The notes: generated from the letters alone by a model not told the origin. A stretch of DNA of 64,000 nt from Gemmatimonadota bacterium (GCA_036556305.1 DATBJO010000018.1:23918-87917), one strand, 5' to 3'; shown: positions 1 through 10,036, numbered from the stretch's first letter. Numbers and translations: made by a program.

Positions 1-166
1 GGTCCTTTGCGTGTACGGCTCTTCCTCGCCGTTCCGCTCGCGGGCCGACTGGCTGTCCGCGGCGCTTCCGGATGCGCGCGTCGTCGAGCTGGATGGGGGC
101 CACCTGCTGCCGCTCCAGCATCCCGCGGAGGTCGTGCGGGTCATCGAGGAGTTCCTCGGTGGCTGA
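1..166 (+). CDS. alpha/beta-fold hydrolase, C-terminal fragment (5' end outside window)
   Basis: Frame 2 reads ..VYGSSSPF..ELDGGHLLPLQHPAEVVRVIEEFLGG* and ends at TGA 164-166. This tail parallels the C-terminus of the next gene (..ECTHLLLWEATEAL..), the usual catalytic-His region. Confidence 0.6.
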   Translation, partial: VLCVYGSSSPFRSRADWLSAALPDARVVELDGGHLLPLQHPAEVVRVIEEFLGG

Positions 167-932
167 AGTCGAGATTCGAGGCCTCGACTTCCACTACGTC
201 AGGATCGGCAGCGGGGAGCCGACCGTGGTGTTCCTCCACGGCCTCGTCATGGACAACCTGTCGAGCTGGTACTTCACGGTCGCGAACCCCATGGCGCGCG
301 TCGCCGAAGTCATCCTGTTCGACCTTCGGGGGCACGGTCAGACCGAGCGGCCACGGGACGGCTACACGGTCGAGAGCCTGGTGGCCGACCTCGACGCCCT
401 GCTCGACCGGCTGGTTCCGGACGGCCGCCCGGTGGAGATCATCGGCAACAGCTTCGGCGGCCTGCTCGCCCTCGCCTACGCGATCGCGCATCCCGAGCGG
501 GTCCGGGGCCTGGCGCTGGTGGACGCGAACCTGAGCGACGATTCGTGGGGAGGCGAGATCACGCGGGCGTTCGCCCTCAAGGGCGAGGAGCGGACCCAGA
601 TAATCCTCAAGTACGCGCACCGCTGGGCGGGTCGTCACAGCGAGCGCAAGGTGAACCGGTTGATCACCAACGCGCATCACCTGACCCATGGGACGACGAT
701 GGTCGCCGACCTCGCCTCCTCACCGGCGGTCACGGACGCGGAGCTGGCCACGATCCGCTGCCCCGTGCTCGCGCTCTACGGCGAGGACTCCGAGCTGCTC
801 GATCGCGGCGAGCGAATCGGCCGGACGGTGCCGAACTGCGAAGTGCGGCTGTTCCCGGAGTGCACGCATCTGCTGCTGTGGGAGGCGACGGAGGCGCTCA
901 AGGATCAGCTCGTGGCGTGGGTTCGCCGATGA
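159..932 (+). CDS. alpha/beta-fold hydrolase
   Basis: Same frame as track ORF 72..932. Motifs: HGLVMDN (HG oxyanion motif), GNSFGG nucleophile elbow, C-terminal His. I place the start at GTG 159 (VAEVEIRGLDFHY), overlapping the upstream stop (GTGGCTGA). Confidence 0.85.
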   Translation: MAEVEIRGLDFHYVRIGSGEPTVVFLHGLVMDNLSSWYFTVANPMARVAEVILFDLRGHGQTERPRDGYTVESLVADLDALLDRLVPDGRPVEIIGNSFGGLLALAYAIAHPERVRGLALVDANLSDDSWGGEITRAFALKGEERTQIILKYAHRWAGRHSERKVNRLITNAHHLTHGTTMVADLASSPAVTDAELATIRCPVLALYGEDSELLDRGERIGRTVPNCEVRLFPECTHLLLWEATEALKDQLVAWVRR

Positions 933-1001
933 CCGTACCTTTCGCTGCGAGCGGGCGCGGGTGAGCCGCGCAGCGCGGGACTCCGGCCCTGAGGGGGGCG
1001 C

Positions 1002-1253
1002 GTGAGCAGGTGGAAGACGGTCGTCTGGGGCCTGGTCGGAGCCACCGCGGCGGTGGTGGCCGGAACCTTCGCGCGTCGCAAGTACGAGGAGAGCGTGCTC
1101 GAGATCGGCCACGAGTTCCGCACGGGCGAGGTCGTGGCGCGCGAAGGCGGCTACCAGTGCGAACAGTGCGGATACGTCCTTTCCCTGGCGGCGGGCAAGC
1201 GCCTTCCACCGTGCCCGAAGTGCGCCCACAGCCGCTTCCTGAAGATCTCCTAA
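1002..1253 (+). CDS. small membrane-anchored zinc-ribbon protein (hypothetical)
   Basis: GTG start preceded by GAGGGGGG. N-terminal hydrophobic helix (VVWGLVGATAAVVAG). C-terminal CEQCG..(16 aa)..CPKC two-CxxC knuckle. Confidence 0.6.
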   Translation: MSRWKTVVWGLVGATAAVVAGTFARRKYEESVLEIGHEFRTGEVVAREGGYQCEQCGYVLSLAAGKRLPPCPKCAHSRFLKIS

Positions 1254-3040
1254 CCGGGAAACGAATCGCGGTCGCGCTCGCGACGGCCCTCGCCCTCGGG
1301 TGGCCGGGCGGCCTCGTCGCGCAGGAATCGCCGGCGGCCGGGCGGATCGAGGTCGTGCTCGACGCGTCGGCGGACATGCTGGAGTCGATCGGGGGCGTCG
1401 CCCGGATCTCGCTGGCGCGCGAGTTCCTGGACGCCCTCCACGGCGGCCTGTCGGCGGACGGATCGGGCCCACCCGCGCTGCGTCTCTACGGCTCCGCCAG
1501 TCCGCGCGCGCGCCGCGACTGCTCGGACAGCCGGCTCGTCGTCCCACCCGGAGCGACGCTCCCGGCGTGGACGGCGGCGCTGGCGGCGATCCAGCCGCGC
1601 GGCGTCTCTCCGCTGGCGCACGCCCTCCGGCAGGCGGCGCTCGACTCGGTCCCGACGTACGTGCTCGTCACCGACGGGGGGGACGACTGCCGGGCCGACC
1701 CGTGCGCGGTCTGGAAGGAGGTCGTCGGGGGCGGGCCGAACCGTCGCTCGCGCCTGCACGTGGTCGCGCTCGATCCCGGCGTCGATCGGCTCGAGGAGCT
1801 GCGCTGCCTGAGCCGCGCCGGCTCCGGATCGCTGACCGTCATCGACGGCGCCGGCGAAGCGGGCTCCGCGGGCGAGAGAGTCGCCCGCATCCTCCGCAAC
1901 GAGGGCATGATCGATGTCCGGACCGCGCTCGGGGAGGGCGGCGAGCGGGTCTCGCTGCCGGCGCGCGTGATGAGGCCCGTCCCGAACGAGATGGTGGCGG
2001 CCTTCACGACGCGCGCGCCGAGAACGGTGCCGGCGGGCGTCTACCGGATCGTCATCGAGGCGTCGCCCCCGATCACCTTCGAGCGCGTCCTGGTCCTCCC
2101 CGGCGAGATCACGACACTGGATGCGACCGAGCTGGGTCGCCTGCGCGTCGAGCTCCTCGACGACCGCGGGACGCGAATCCGCGCTCCGGTCTCGATCCGC
2201 TCCGCCGACGGGCGACGCGAGCTCCGGTACGGCGTCACGGGCGAAGACGCCGTCATGCAGGCGGGCTCCTACGGCATCAGCGTCGAGCTGGGGGACTCGG
2301 TTCTGGAGGCGCGCGACGTGACCGTCACCGCCGGGCGGACCACGCGGTACGCGTTCGGCGGCGGCGGCACGCTGCTCGTCCTGTCGCCCGAGTTCGAGAC
2401 TCCGCCGCCGACGGTGGTGCGGGCCTTCCGCGGCGGGGCGGTCGACACCTTGCGGGTCGGAGAGCCGTACCCCCTGCCGGCCGGCACCTACCGGCTGGTC
2501 GTCGAGACCCTTCCCATGTACGTCACCGAGGACGTGACCGTTCGCGACGAGAGCCAGACCGTGGTGACGCTGCCCGAGACCGGCATCCTGGGCGTGTCGC
2601 TGAGCGGGATGGACGGCGTCGTGACGGACGTCGGCGTCGACGTGCTCGAGGTCCTCACCGGAGAAGTGTACGGGACGATCCTGAGCGGTGAGCGACATCT
2701 GGCGATGCCGGCGCGCTACGATCTCGTCGCCCGCACGGTTCCTCCGGCGACGATCTCCGGCGTCGACGTGACCCCGGGCCAGGAGCGGATCGTGCGACGC
2801 GAGGGGCTGTCCAGGGTCAGCGTGGTCCCGGCCCCCGGAGTCGCGGGCCCCTACCGGCTCGAGCTCTTCGCCCCGGCCGGAGATCGGCGGCTCGGCGAAG
2901 CGACCGGGCCCCAGCCGGCGCTGGCGGCGTGGCCGGGCGAGTACCTCGCTCGCGTCTGGCGCGGTCGCGAGCTCCTGCGGGAAAGCAGAGTGGCGGTTGC
3001 GTCGGACAAAACGGCCCGGATAGATTTGGCCAGCCCGTAG
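1211..3040 (+). CDS. secreted VWA-domain protein with repeated beta-sandwich (carboxypeptidase-regulatory/PEGA-like) modules
   Basis: Signal-like KRIAVALATALALGWPGGLVAQ. VWA-like IEVVLDASADM ... VLVTDGGDD. Recurring motifs AGVYRIVIEA, AGSYGISVEL, AGTYRLVVET, GEYLARVW. Start is GTG 1211 or 1220, because the track start at 1010 would run through the zinc-ribbon gene. Confidence 0.75.
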   Translation: MPEVRPQPLPEDLLTGKRIAVALATALALGWPGGLVAQESPAAGRIEVVLDASADMLESIGGVARISLAREFLDALHGGLSADGSGPPALRLYGSASPRARRDCSDSRLVVPPGATLPAWTAALAAIQPRGVSPLAHALRQAALDSVPTYVLVTDGGDDCRADPCAVWKEVVGGGPNRRSRLHVVALDPGVDRLEELRCLSRAGSGSLTVIDGAGEAGSAGERVARILRNEGMIDVRTALGEGGERVSLPARVMRPVPNEMVAAFTTRAPRTVPAGVYRIVIEASPPITFERVLVLPGEITTLDATELGRLRVELLDDRGTRIRAPVSIRSADGRRELRYGVTGEDAVMQAGSYGISVELGDSVLEARDVTVTAGRTTRYAFGGGGTLLVLSPEFETPPPTVVRAFRGGAVDTLRVGEPYPLPAGTYRLVVETLPMYVTEDVTVRDESQTVVTLPETGILGVSLSGMDGVVTDVGVDVLEVLTGEVYGTILSGERHLAMPARYDLVARTVPPATISGVDVTPGQERIVRREGLSRVSVVPAPGVAGPYRLELFAPAGDRRLGEATGPQPALAAWPGEYLARVWRGRELLRESRVAVASDKTARIDLASP

Positions 3041-3073
3041 CCGGCGTTCCCACCTCTTCCCGGGGAGGAGAAC

Positions 3074-3349
3074 ATGACCCTGATGGGGTTCCTCGTCCTG
3101 CTCCTGGTCGCCGCCGTGGCGGGCGCGCTGGGGCAGGCGATCGTCGGATACTCGGCGGGCGGTTGCCTTGTGTCCATCGCGCTCGGCTTCGTGGGCGCCC
3201 TGATCGGATCCTGGCTCCGGGCGGAGCTCGGGCTCCCCGAGCCGTTCCCGATCGAGATACAGGGTCAATCCTTCTCTCTCATCTGGTCGATCATCGGAGC
3301 GGCCCTGTTCGTGGCCGTGATCTCGTTGATCTCCGGCCGGCGGAGATAG
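3074..3349 (+). CDS. GlsB/YeaQ/YmgE-family transglycosylase-associated membrane protein
   Basis: 91 aa, Gly-rich TM helices (VAGALGQAIVGYSAGGCLVSIALGFVGALIGSWL). SD GGAGGAG lies 4 nt upstream of the ATG. Confidence 0.85.
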   Translation: MTLMGFLVLLLVAAVAGALGQAIVGYSAGGCLVSIALGFVGALIGSWLRAELGLPEPFPIEIQGQSFSLIWSIIGAALFVAVISLISGRRR

Positions 3350-3398
3350 ACCGGTCGCGGCGCGTCCGAAATCCCGACCACTCTAGGGCCGGTCACCG

Positions 3399-4304
3399 AT
3401 GACCAATCTGCGGCGCTGGCCGAGCGCGTTCTCCCGCTACGCCGCTTTCTACGCCAAGAACCTCTGGCACAAGGCCGCCCGCGATCAGCTGTTCTTCCTG
3501 TCGTCGGGGATCACGTTCAACGTCCTCGTCACGATCGTCCCCCTGCTGCTGATCACGATCTCGGTTCTCGGGATCCTGGTCGAGTCCTCGACCTCCGCGC
3601 GCGATCAGATCCTGTCGTTCATCCAGCGCGTCATGCCGCTGGCCAGCTCGCAGGCGGAGAGCCTGCTGTTCGGGCTGGTGGAGGACAGGGGCTGGCTGGG
3701 GGTCCTCGGTCTGGTGGGCCTGATCTGGGCGTCGACCCGGCTGTTCGGCTCGCTTCGCACCGTCCTCGAGATCATCTTCGAGATCCCACCCGAGGAGCGG
3801 CTGGGAATCGTGGAGGGCAAGATCCACGACGTGAGGATGGTGGTGGTGGTGGGATCGCTCTTCCTGCTGACGATTTCGCTCACCACGGCGTTGCGCTGGC
3901 TGAAGAACTACGGAGTCGGGTTCCTCGGCCTCGACGCGTACAACATCTCCTGGTTCTGGTCGCTGGCCAGCATCATCGTGGCCTACCTGATCACGTACCT
4001 GATGTTCTTCTTCGTCTACCGCTACGTCCCTGATCGCTGGATCCCGCGACAGGACGCCGCCGTCGCGGCGCTGTTCTCGAGCCTCCTCTTCGAGCTCGCC
4101 AAACTGGTCTTCGTCGCCTACCTCGCGGAGTTCGAGCGCTTCCTCGAGCTGTACGGCTCGTTCACGAACCTGGTGCTGGTCGCGTTCTGGGTCTACTACA
4201 GCAGCATCGTGTTCATCCTCGGCGGCGAGCTGGGCCGCATCGTCCAGGTGCAGCGCGGGCGCGGATCGCGGCCGGGCTGGTCGTTCCGCGAGGTGTCTCA
4301 TTGA
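3399..4304 (+). CDS. YihY/BrkB-family inner-membrane protein
   Basis: DQLFFLSSGITFNVLVTIVPLLL signature and about 6 TM segments. The stop overlaps the next start (TTGA). Confidence 0.85.
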   Translation: MTNLRRWPSAFSRYAAFYAKNLWHKAARDQLFFLSSGITFNVLVTIVPLLLITISVLGILVESSTSARDQILSFIQRVMPLASSQAESLLFGLVEDRGWLGVLGLVGLIWASTRLFGSLRTVLEIIFEIPPEERLGIVEGKIHDVRMVVVVGSLFLLTISLTTALRWLKNYGVGFLGLDAYNISWFWSLASIIVAYLITYLMFFFVYRYVPDRWIPRQDAAVAALFSSLLFELAKLVFVAYLAEFERFLELYGSFTNLVLVAFWVYYSSIVFILGGELGRIVQVQRGRGSRPGWSFREVSH

Positions 4305-6199
4305 AGCTCCGCGGGATCCTGCCGGCCCTGGCGACGCTGCTCCTGCCCGGCGTGCTGGCGGCCCAGGGAGTCCCCGCGGACACGACCCGACCCCTCGCCG
4401 ATCGCGGCTGCTGCCTGGCGGACGTGCAGGACGGCGCCGAAGTCGTGGACTTCGAGGTCGACGGGAACCGGGCGCTCGCCGAGGGCACGATCGAGAACTC
4501 GCTCTACACCGCGGAGAGCGGCACCTGGCCCTGGAGCGACGACGAGTACCTCTCGAAGAGCGAGTTCCTCAAGGACCTCGAGCGGATCCACATCCTGTAT
4601 CAGCGCAGCGGGTACTTCTCGGCCGAGCTCCTGTCCTGGGAAGTGAGACCCGCCGGCAACGGGGTGAGCATCAGACTGACGGTCTCCGAAGGCGAGCCGA
4701 CGCGGGTCTCGGAACTGGACATCGAGGAGCTCGAACCGCTGGACGGCGCCGCGCTGGAGGAGGAGATGCGCCGGCGGATCCCGCTCCAGCAGGGCGAGGT
4801 ATTCAACGAGGCGGATCTCGTCGCTTCGCGGTCCATGCTCGAGAACGAGTTCAAGAACCGCGGCTACGTGTACGCCACCGTCCTGCTCGAGTACCGGATC
4901 GACAAGGCGGCGCGCACGGCCCGCGTCGTCTACTCGGTCGACGCCGGCGACCAGTACACCATCGGCGAGACGCGGATCGAGGGCTACGACACCGAAGACC
5001 TCGACCTCGTCCAGGACCAGCTCGAGTTCGCTTCCGGCGAGCTGTACAACCAGCAGGACATCCTCGACAGCCAGCGCAACCTGTATGAGCTGGGCCTCTT
5101 CCGACGGGTGCTGATCGAGCCCCAGCTGGCTTCGGTTCGCGGGGACACGGTCGACGTCCTCGTGTCGGTCGCGCCCGCGCCCACGCACGTCGTGCGCGTC
5201 GGGATCGGATACGGAACCGAAGACCGGGTCAGGGTCCGCGCGTCCTGGCTGGACCGCAACCTTTTCGGGCAAGCGCGCCAGCTCGAGGTCCGCGGGCAGT
5301 ACTCGCAGCTCGAGCGGGAGGCGTCGGTCACCTATCGGCAGCCCACCTTCCTGATCCCGCGGGCCGACTTCCTGACGACCGCCTTCCTGAGATTCGAGAT
5401 CGAGCGCAACTACACCGTCGAGCGCGTGGGCGCGACGGTTCGAACCGGCTATCGCGTCGGCCGCCGGTGGCAGGCGCGCGCCGGCCTCACCGCCGAGCGC
5501 GACGAGTTCAGCGAGTTCGACGAAGGGGTGCTAATCCCCGAGCTCGGAAGGGAGTTCATCAACCCGAGCCGCCTCGTCTACTCGGAGGTCGGGGTGGCGT
5601 TCGACAATACGGACTCGCTGTTCCAGCCGTCCCGCGGAGGGACCGCCAACCTGATCTACCAGGTCGGGCTTCCCGTGCTGACCGGCGACTACGCGTACCA
5701 GCGGACGACCCTGCTCGTGACGCGCTACGTCGAGATCCGAGAAGGCTGGGTGCTGGCCGGAAAGATCCTGCCGGGAATGATCTTCGGGTACGGCGGCGAC
5801 AGGGACCGCGTGCCGCTGTTCCAGCGGCTGTTCGCCGGCGGGGCCAGCAGCGTGCGCGGTTACGAGCGCCGTCAGCTGGGGCCGAAGGACGACCCACGAA
5901 GCTTCGGCCAGGATCGGGATCCCGAGCCGGTGGGAGGACGCGGGCTGCTCGAGGCGAGCCTCGAGCTCCGCTTTCCGGTCAAGGGCAACCTCAGGGGAGC
6001 GGCGTTCATCGACGCCGGGAACGTGTGGAGCGATCCGGACCAGATCTCGCTCGGCGACCTGCGCTACACGCCGGGAGCCGGCGTCCGTTATCGGACGCCG
6101 GTGGGACCCATCCGGCTGGATGTGGCGCATCGCACGTCGAGCGACGAAGATTTTCTGCCGAAGTGGGTGTTTCACATATCGATAGGCAGCGCATTCTAG
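4301..6199 (+). CDS. tamA: Omp85/BamA-family outer-membrane protein, TamA-like
   Basis: Signal peptide, POTRA-like N-terminal third, D15 barrel motifs (FAGGASSVRGY, RFPV.G.LRGAAFIDAGNVW), ends in ..SIGSAF. It lies directly upstream of a TamB-like gene. Confidence 0.8.
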   Translation: MKLRGILPALATLLLPGVLAAQGVPADTTRPLADRGCCLADVQDGAEVVDFEVDGNRALAEGTIENSLYTAESGTWPWSDDEYLSKSEFLKDLERIHILYQRSGYFSAELLSWEVRPAGNGVSIRLTVSEGEPTRVSELDIEELEPLDGAALEEEMRRRIPLQQGEVFNEADLVASRSMLENEFKNRGYVYATVLLEYRIDKAARTARVVYSVDAGDQYTIGETRIEGYDTEDLDLVQDQLEFASGELYNQQDILDSQRNLYELGLFRRVLIEPQLASVRGDTVDVLVSVAPAPTHVVRVGIGYGTEDRVRVRASWLDRNLFGQARQLEVRGQYSQLEREASVTYRQPTFLIPRADFLTTAFLRFEIERNYTVERVGATVRTGYRVGRRWQARAGLTAERDEFSEFDEGVLIPELGREFINPSRLVYSEVGVAFDNTDSLFQPSRGGTANLIYQVGLPVLTGDYAYQRTTLLVTRYVEIREGWVLAGKILPGMIFGYGGDRDRVPLFQRLFAGGASSVRGYERRQLGPKDDPRSFGQDRDPEPVGGRGLLEASLELRFPVKGNLRGAAFIDAGNVWSDPDQISLGDLRYTPGAGVRYRTPVGPIRLDVAHRTSSDEDFLPKWVFHISIGSAF

Positions 6200-6210
6200 C
6201 GGGGTAGCGG

Positions 6211-9200
6211 ATGGGGATGAGGATCCTGAGCCGGGTGCTGTTCGTGGTGGCGCTGCTGGTGGCGCTCGCCGGGCTCGCGATCGTGGGCGGACTCCTGTGG
6301 CTGCGGACCCCCTGGGGCCTGGCGTTCGTGCGCGGTCAGATCGAGAGCCGCCTCGACGCCGCCGTGCACGGCTCCGTGCGGCTCGGGCGGGTGGAAGGGG
6401 ATGTCCTCAGCGGACTCGTCCTCCACGACCTCGTCATCGAGGGAGAGGACGGAGTCGCGCTGATCCGCGCGGAGACGGCGCGCACGCGCTACGCGATCCG
6501 GCCTCTGTTCGACAAGAAGGTCGCGGTCGACGAGGTGCGGCTGATCCGTCCGGTGATCCGGCTCGTCCGCGGCCCCGACGAGCGCTGGAACTTCCAGGAG
6601 ATCTTCGCGCGGCGCGAGCCGCCGGAGCCCGGTCCGCCCGGCTGGGGCTCCTGGGTGCGGATCGGGACGATCGGCATCGAGGACGGAATCGTCGACGTGA
6701 AGTTCGAGGACGGGGGCTGGCCCGTGCTCGATTGGCAGGCGAACGAGTTCCGCGACGTGAACGGCGAGATCGAGCTCGAGCTCTACGCCCGCGACCGGAA
6801 CCTCAAGCGCTTCGTCGGCCGGGACCTTTCGTTCCACCTGACCGGCCCCGACCTCCTCGTCGAGGACCTCGACGGCGAGGGCGTCCTGACCCCCGACAGC
6901 CTGGCGCTCAAGGCGATCCGCCTGACGACTCCCGGCACCGAGCTCGAGGCCGAGGGCCACCTGACCCTCGGCGGCGCGGACTCCCTGGCCCTGACCGTGA
7001 ACGCGCCGCGGGTCTCGCTCGACGAGGCCGGACGGCTGTTCCCTCAGGTGAAGATCGGCGGGCGGTCCTCGTTCCAGGGACGGATCACGGGGCCGGCCGC
7101 CCGGCCGGCGCTCGAGATCGCGAGCGCGCAGGTCGAGACGGGAAGCTCGAGCGTCGCGGTGAGCGGCCGCATCCCGGACCTCACGGACCCGCGCCTCGAG
7201 CTCGACGTCGTGGCCGCACCGCTCGCGCCGGCGGATGCCCGCGCATACGTCTCCGCATGGCCGGTCGACGTGCCGCTCTCGGGCCCGGTCAGCCTGCGCG
7301 GGCCGCCGCGGCAGCTCGACGTCGTCGCCGACATGACCTCGCCCGCGGGCGCGCTCTCGGCGCAGGGCGCCGTCGACCTCCGCTCCGGGCTGGGCTACGA
7401 CCTGGTCGGCGCGACCCGCGGACTCGAGGTCGGCCGGCTGATCGGCCATCCGCGCGTCGCTCTCGTGCTGACCGGCCGCTACCGGATCGACGGTCACGGC
7501 ACGGGCGCGCGCGACCTCGCCGCCGACGTCGAGGTCGAGCTCGGCCGGTCGCGGATCTACCGCTGGGACGTCATGTCGGGGATCACACGGGGGAGGCTCG
7601 TCGGCCGCGAGTATCGGGCGGACACGGTCCAGGTCCGGCTGCCGCAGACCGTGCTCCGCGGCCGCGGCACGTTCGGCCTTGCGCGAAACGGCGTGATCGA
7701 GACCAGCGCGGACGTCGAGAGCGAGGACCTGGGGGAGGTGTGGCCCGGGATCGGGGAGATCTCGACGCGGGCGCGCGCGGACGTCGATCTCGCGGGCACC
7801 TATGAGAGCTTCGACGTCGCCGGCGACCTGGCGGCCGGCGATCTCGTGTACGGCGGCTTCCTGGCCGATTCGTTCGTCGGCGCGGTCCGGATGACCGGCG
7901 TCGGCGGGCCGTTCGACATGCAGGCGCAGGGGACGTTCCATCGGCTGTCGGTGGCCGGAGTGGACGCCGACACCGCCGGGGTCGTGCTGGAGTACGCGGA
8001 CTCCCGGATCACGCTGAGCGCCGAGGTCGACATGGGCCTCGCGGAGACGGCCCGCCTCGCCGGCACGATCGACCTGTCGGGCCCGACGACGGAGACCCGC
8101 CTGACCCGGTTCGTCTACGTCACGCGGGACCGAACGTGGCGGATGGACGAGGGCGGCGAGATCGTGCTGGTCGAGGGCCGGGTGACGGCCCGCGGTTTCC
8201 GCATCACCCAGGACGGACAGGCCTTGCGCGCGGACGGGGTGTTCGACTTCGACGGCGAATCGGACCTGCGGTTCGTCGCCGAGGACATCCGGCTCGAGGA
8301 CGTGGCCCGCCTGACCGGCCGGCCGCCCGGGGACTGGCAGGGCGTCGCCAACCTCGAGGGGACTCTCCGCGGCACCCGGCTCCAGCCGATCATCGAGGCG
8401 CGCGGCGAGGTGTCGAGCGGGGCGATCCGCGGCTTCCGGTTCCAGCGCATCTCGGGAGAGATGAGCTACGCGGACGCGCTGGCCGACATCGACCTGACGG
8501 TCGCGACCCCGGACGAGGACCACCGGCTGGTCATGACGGGAACCGCCCCGATCGACCTCGCGCTGGGATCGGTGGCCGACCGGCTGCCCGAGCGGCCCGT
8601 CGATCTCCACATCCGCGGGGAGAACACGGACCTGTCGATCCTCGCCGCCTTCATTCCCGGGCTCACGGACCTGTCCGGACCCGTCGAGGTCCGCGTCGAC
8701 ATCACGGGCTCGAGCGGCAGCCCGCGGTTCGACGGCCAGGCCACGCTGCAGGGCGGCACGCTGACGATCCCCTCGACCGGCGTCAGGTACAGCGACCTGC
8801 GCGGCTCGGTCTCGTTCGACAACGACGAGATCACGGTCCGCGAGCTTTCCGGCACCGACGGAGCGCGGGGGACCTTCGACATCGGCGGACGGATCGCGAT
8901 GCAGGATCTTCGCCTCGGCAACCTGGAGATCGAGATGAGCGCCACCGATCTGCAGGTCATCGATCTCAGCCGGCAGGACGTGCAGGTCCACGCGGCGATC
9001 ACCCTGACCGGAACCACGCAGGAGCCCGTCATGACGGGACGTCTCGTCGTCGACGAGGCGATCTACAAGATGCCGGACCGGAGCAAGAAGAACATCATCG
9101 ACCTCGACGAAGCGGTCATCTACGTGGACATCCCGGGGGTTCGCCGGCCGGACGAGCCGATCGAGCGATCGCCGTCGCTCTGGGACCGGAGCCGACTCGA

Positions 9201-9930
9201 TCTCGAGATCCAGGTCACGGACGACGCGGTCATCACCTCGAACAACATGCGGGTCGAGATCGCCGGGGAACTGTCGCTGTTCAAGCCTCCGCTGAGCCCC
9301 ATGCCCACGATCTCCGGGACGCTGCAGGTCCGGCGCGGTTTCTACGAGGAGTTCGGCAAGCGCTTCACGATCGACGGCGGGGAGATCTTCTTCTACGGGA
9401 CCCCGGAGCTCAATCCCGGGCTCCACATCCTGGCCTCGAACACGGTCGACGGCGTGGCGGGGGTGGGCGACGTCAACGTCCAGATCACGGTCGGAGGCAC
9501 GCTCCGGAACCCGACCATCGACCTCGCTTCGACGCCACCCTACGAGAAGTCGGAGATCATCGCGATCGCCCTCTTCGGCACGCCGACGCCGAGCGCCGGG
9601 CAACAGGGGCAGTTCTCCGAGACCGTCCGCGACCTCGTCACCGGTACCGCGGCGTCCTCGCTCCTCAGGTCGACGCTGACGAGCGAGCTCAATCTCGACG
9701 TGGTCGAGGTCTCGCAGCGTCAGCTCGAGGAGGGCGACACCGCGACTCTGTTCCGGGTCGGGAAGTACATCAGCCCCGACGTCTTCGTATCGTTCGAGCA
9801 GCAGGTCGGCGGGTCCGAGGACCACCAGGCGATCGGCCTCCGCTACCAGATGACCGACTTGTTCTCGGTGGAGGCGACGGTGGGTACGAGGGAGTCGGGG
9901 GTGGATTTGTTCTGGGAATACACCTACTGA
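6211..9930 (+). CDS. tamB: translocation and assembly module protein TamB (AsmA-like N-terminus, DUF490 C-terminus)
   Basis: 1239 aa with an N-terminal TM anchor. C-terminal region ..GTLQVRRGFYEEFGKRFTIDGGEIFFYG..NPTIDLASTPPYEKSEIIAIALFG..GKYISPDVFVSFE.. is typical of DUF490. Confidence 0.85.
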   Translation: MGMRILSRVLFVVALLVALAGLAIVGGLLWLRTPWGLAFVRGQIESRLDAAVHGSVRLGRVEGDVLSGLVLHDLVIEGEDGVALIRAETARTRYAIRPLFDKKVAVDEVRLIRPVIRLVRGPDERWNFQEIFARREPPEPGPPGWGSWVRIGTIGIEDGIVDVKFEDGGWPVLDWQANEFRDVNGEIELELYARDRNLKRFVGRDLSFHLTGPDLLVEDLDGEGVLTPDSLALKAIRLTTPGTELEAEGHLTLGGADSLALTVNAPRVSLDEAGRLFPQVKIGGRSSFQGRITGPAARPALEIASAQVETGSSSVAVSGRIPDLTDPRLELDVVAAPLAPADARAYVSAWPVDVPLSGPVSLRGPPRQLDVVADMTSPAGALSAQGAVDLRSGLGYDLVGATRGLEVGRLIGHPRVALVLTGRYRIDGHGTGARDLAADVEVELGRSRIYRWDVMSGITRGRLVGREYRADTVQVRLPQTVLRGRGTFGLARNGVIETSADVESEDLGEVWPGIGEISTRARADVDLAGTYESFDVAGDLAAGDLVYGGFLADSFVGAVRMTGVGGPFDMQAQGTFHRLSVAGVDADTAGVVLEYADSRITLSAEVDMGLAETARLAGTIDLSGPTTETRLTRFVYVTRDRTWRMDEGGEIVLVEGRVTARGFRITQDGQALRADGVFDFDGESDLRFVAEDIRLEDVARLTGRPPGDWQGVANLEGTLRGTRLQPIIEARGEVSSGAIRGFRFQRISGEMSYADALADIDLTVATPDEDHRLVMTGTAPIDLALGSVADRLPERPVDLHIRGENTDLSILAAFIPGLTDLSGPVEVRVDITGSSGSPRFDGQATLQGGTLTIPSTGVRYSDLRGSVSFDNDEITVRELSGTDGARGTFDIGGRIAMQDLRLGNLEIEMSATDLQVIDLSRQDVQVHAAITLTGTTQEPVMTGRLVVDEAIYKMPDRSKKNIIDLDEAVIYVDIPGVRRPDEPIERSPSLWDRSRLDLEIQVTDDAVITSNNMRVEIAGELSLFKPPLSPMPTISGTLQVRRGFYEEFGKRFTIDGGEIFFYGTPELNPGLHILASNTVDGVAGVGDVNVQITVGGTLRNPTIDLASTPPYEKSEIIAIALFGTPTPSAGQQGQFSETVRDLVTGTAASSLLRSTLTSELNLDVVEVSQRQLEEGDTATLFRVGKYISPDVFVSFEQQVGGSEDHQAIGLRYQMTDLFSVEATVGTRESGVDLFWEYTY

Positions 9931-9937
9931 CAGGAGC

Positions 9938-9956
9938 TTGACCTCGGCCGTTCTGA
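9938..9956 (+). repeat. solo 3'-arm fragment of the dispersed palindromic repeat family
   Basis: TTGACCTCGGCCGTTCTGA, 8 nt after the tamB stop. It matches the 3' arms of the full copies (copy B GACCTCGGCCGTTTTGA, copy D TTGACCTTGGCGATTTTGA). Confidence 0.35.
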
Positions 9957-10036
9957 TCGATCTCCACACAGCTTCGAACTCCCACCTCCCTTCGACGTCC
10001 CCCCCTCGCCCATGTCCCGACGGCGGGCCGCCGGGG

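Noticed and set aside
3009-3040. AAAACGGCC..TTGGCC at the 3' end of the VWA gene, resembling the repeat's 5' arm.
   Set aside because: Only about 9-10 nt match, it lies inside coding sequence, and it has no inner hairpin or complementary arm. That is too weak to call.
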